Source: Synergistaceae bacterium
GTDB lineage: Bacteria > Synergistota > Synergistia > Synergistales > 79-D21
Length of the DNA stretch: 58,360 bases
Reading direction: 5' to 3'
NCBI GenBank assembly: GCA_012517195.1
Contig: JAAYVK010000031.1
Span: 1-58,360 of the forward strand
This document shows, piece after piece, positions 57,897-58,360 of the stretch. Position 1 is the stretch's first letter. Every line of letters starts with the position of its first letter. Under the pieces are notes generated by a model that saw nothing but the letters and a program-made list of their open reading frames with translations, did no database searches and was not told the DNA's origin. Both the position numbers and the translations under genes were made by a program.

Positions 57897-58256
57897 ATGG
57901 GGGAGACGGTGGAAATGGGGAATAGCTGGAAAAAAAAGGTCCAGGAGCTAGGAAGGGCGCTCGAAGAGCAGGGGAATGAAGTTCTTGAAAGAGTGAGCGA
58001 AGAAGCCCTGGCCATTGGAAAGCAGGCGAAAGCTTCCCTAAGCCGGGCAAGGAAGAAGACAGAGGAGATCCTGAATTCCGCACAAGAGATCGAAGAGATC
58101 AAGGCCCGCCTCGATACAATCGAAAACGATCAACAGCGGCTTTCGATGCTGGTCTCGGAGCTTGCGAACCAGGTGGGAGCGATCCTGGTGGAAATCCGCC
58201 AACGCATGCAGGCACAAGAGGAGGAGAAAACAGATGACGGTACCGTCGGACATTGA
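57897..58256 (+). CDS. Hypothetical coiled-coil protein (about 113-119 aa)
   Basis: Charged heptad-like sequence ...WKKKVQELGRALEEQGNEVLERVSEEALAIGKQAK...IEEIKARLDTIENDQQRLSMLVSELANQVGAILVEIRQRMQ. The start is ATG 57897 or 57915. The longer ORF-track version runs through the tRNA and is rejected. Confidence 0.5.
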   Translation: MGETVEMGNSWKKKVQELGRALEEQGNEVLERVSEEALAIGKQAKASLSRARKKTEEILNSAQEIEEIKARLDTIENDQQRLSMLVSELANQVGAILVEIRQRMQAQEEEKTDDGTVGH

Positions 58257-58360
58257 GATCGCGCAGGGAGCGAAACTGCTGCCGATCGAGGAGATCGCGG
58301 AGAAGGCGGGGATCCCTGGGGAGTACCTGATTCCCTACGGGAAGACGAAGGCGAAAGTGG
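58235..58360 (+). CDS. fhs: Formate-tetrahydrofolate ligase (N-terminal 42 codons; continues beyond window)
   Basis: GGAGGAG-7 nt-ATG gives MTVPSDIEIAQGAKLLPIEEIAEKAGIPGEYLIPYGKTKAKV, the canonical FTHFS N-terminus. Confidence 0.88.

Noticed and set aside
1-58360. CRISPR arrays, transposases, integrases, prophage, toxin-antitoxin or defence-island genes
   Set aside because: None were recognised. Every ORF longer than about 100 codons in a plausible frame is assigned to a housekeeping, transport or regulatory family, and no spaced direct repeats were seen.

Overview
GC-rich, very densely packed chromosomal segment of an anaerobic bacterium. It has strong GGAGG-type Shine-Dalgarno sites, a short Gram-positive-type YidC, a HisZ-dependent short HisG, rubrerythrin and formate-THF ligase. 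The phylum cannot be fixed from the sequence alone. Most of the window is housekeeping. In order it contains: a Liv-type ABC transporter (livM', livH, binding protein); a HAD hydrolase; an adenosine-specific-kinase-family protein; an SSS symporter; a five-gene DRTGG / RsbW-like ATPase / [FeFe]-hydrogenase-like Fe-S protein / DRTGG / PHP operon; an orphan pilin-like gene; SUI1-glsA; rubrerythrin; a DegT-like enzyme and a methyltransferase; an eight-gene his operon (hisD-Z-G-B-H-A-F-IE); radA-nfeD-SPFH; leuS-holA; rpsT; DUF445-dinG; rpmH-rnpA-yidD-yidC-jag; htrA; an OmpR-type two-component pair; rpsO-pnp-dut; an NSS transporter with an unlisted 33-aa small subunit; thrS; infC-rpmI-rplT; pheST; cvpA-mutS2; a GntR / serine dehydratase / TRAP transporter / DUF1989 locus; tRNA-Arg(CCG); and the start of fhs. 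I found no rRNA, CRISPR array, transposase, integrase, phage gene or long repeat. The most system-like and least understood element is the DRTGG/ATPase/hydrogenase-like/PHP operon at 5371-8602. It looks like a redox- or H2-sensing signalling module with no recognisable output component, and an 18-bp perfect palindrome lies just upstream. Other points worth a second look are: an out-of-frame uORF with a strong SD lying over the thrS start; an ATA-initiated infC behind a promoter-leader-terminator attenuator; a PerR-type box on the rubrerythrin promoter; and a histidine kinase with no sensor domain. All functional calls rest on motif and sequence recognition by eye. No database search was run.
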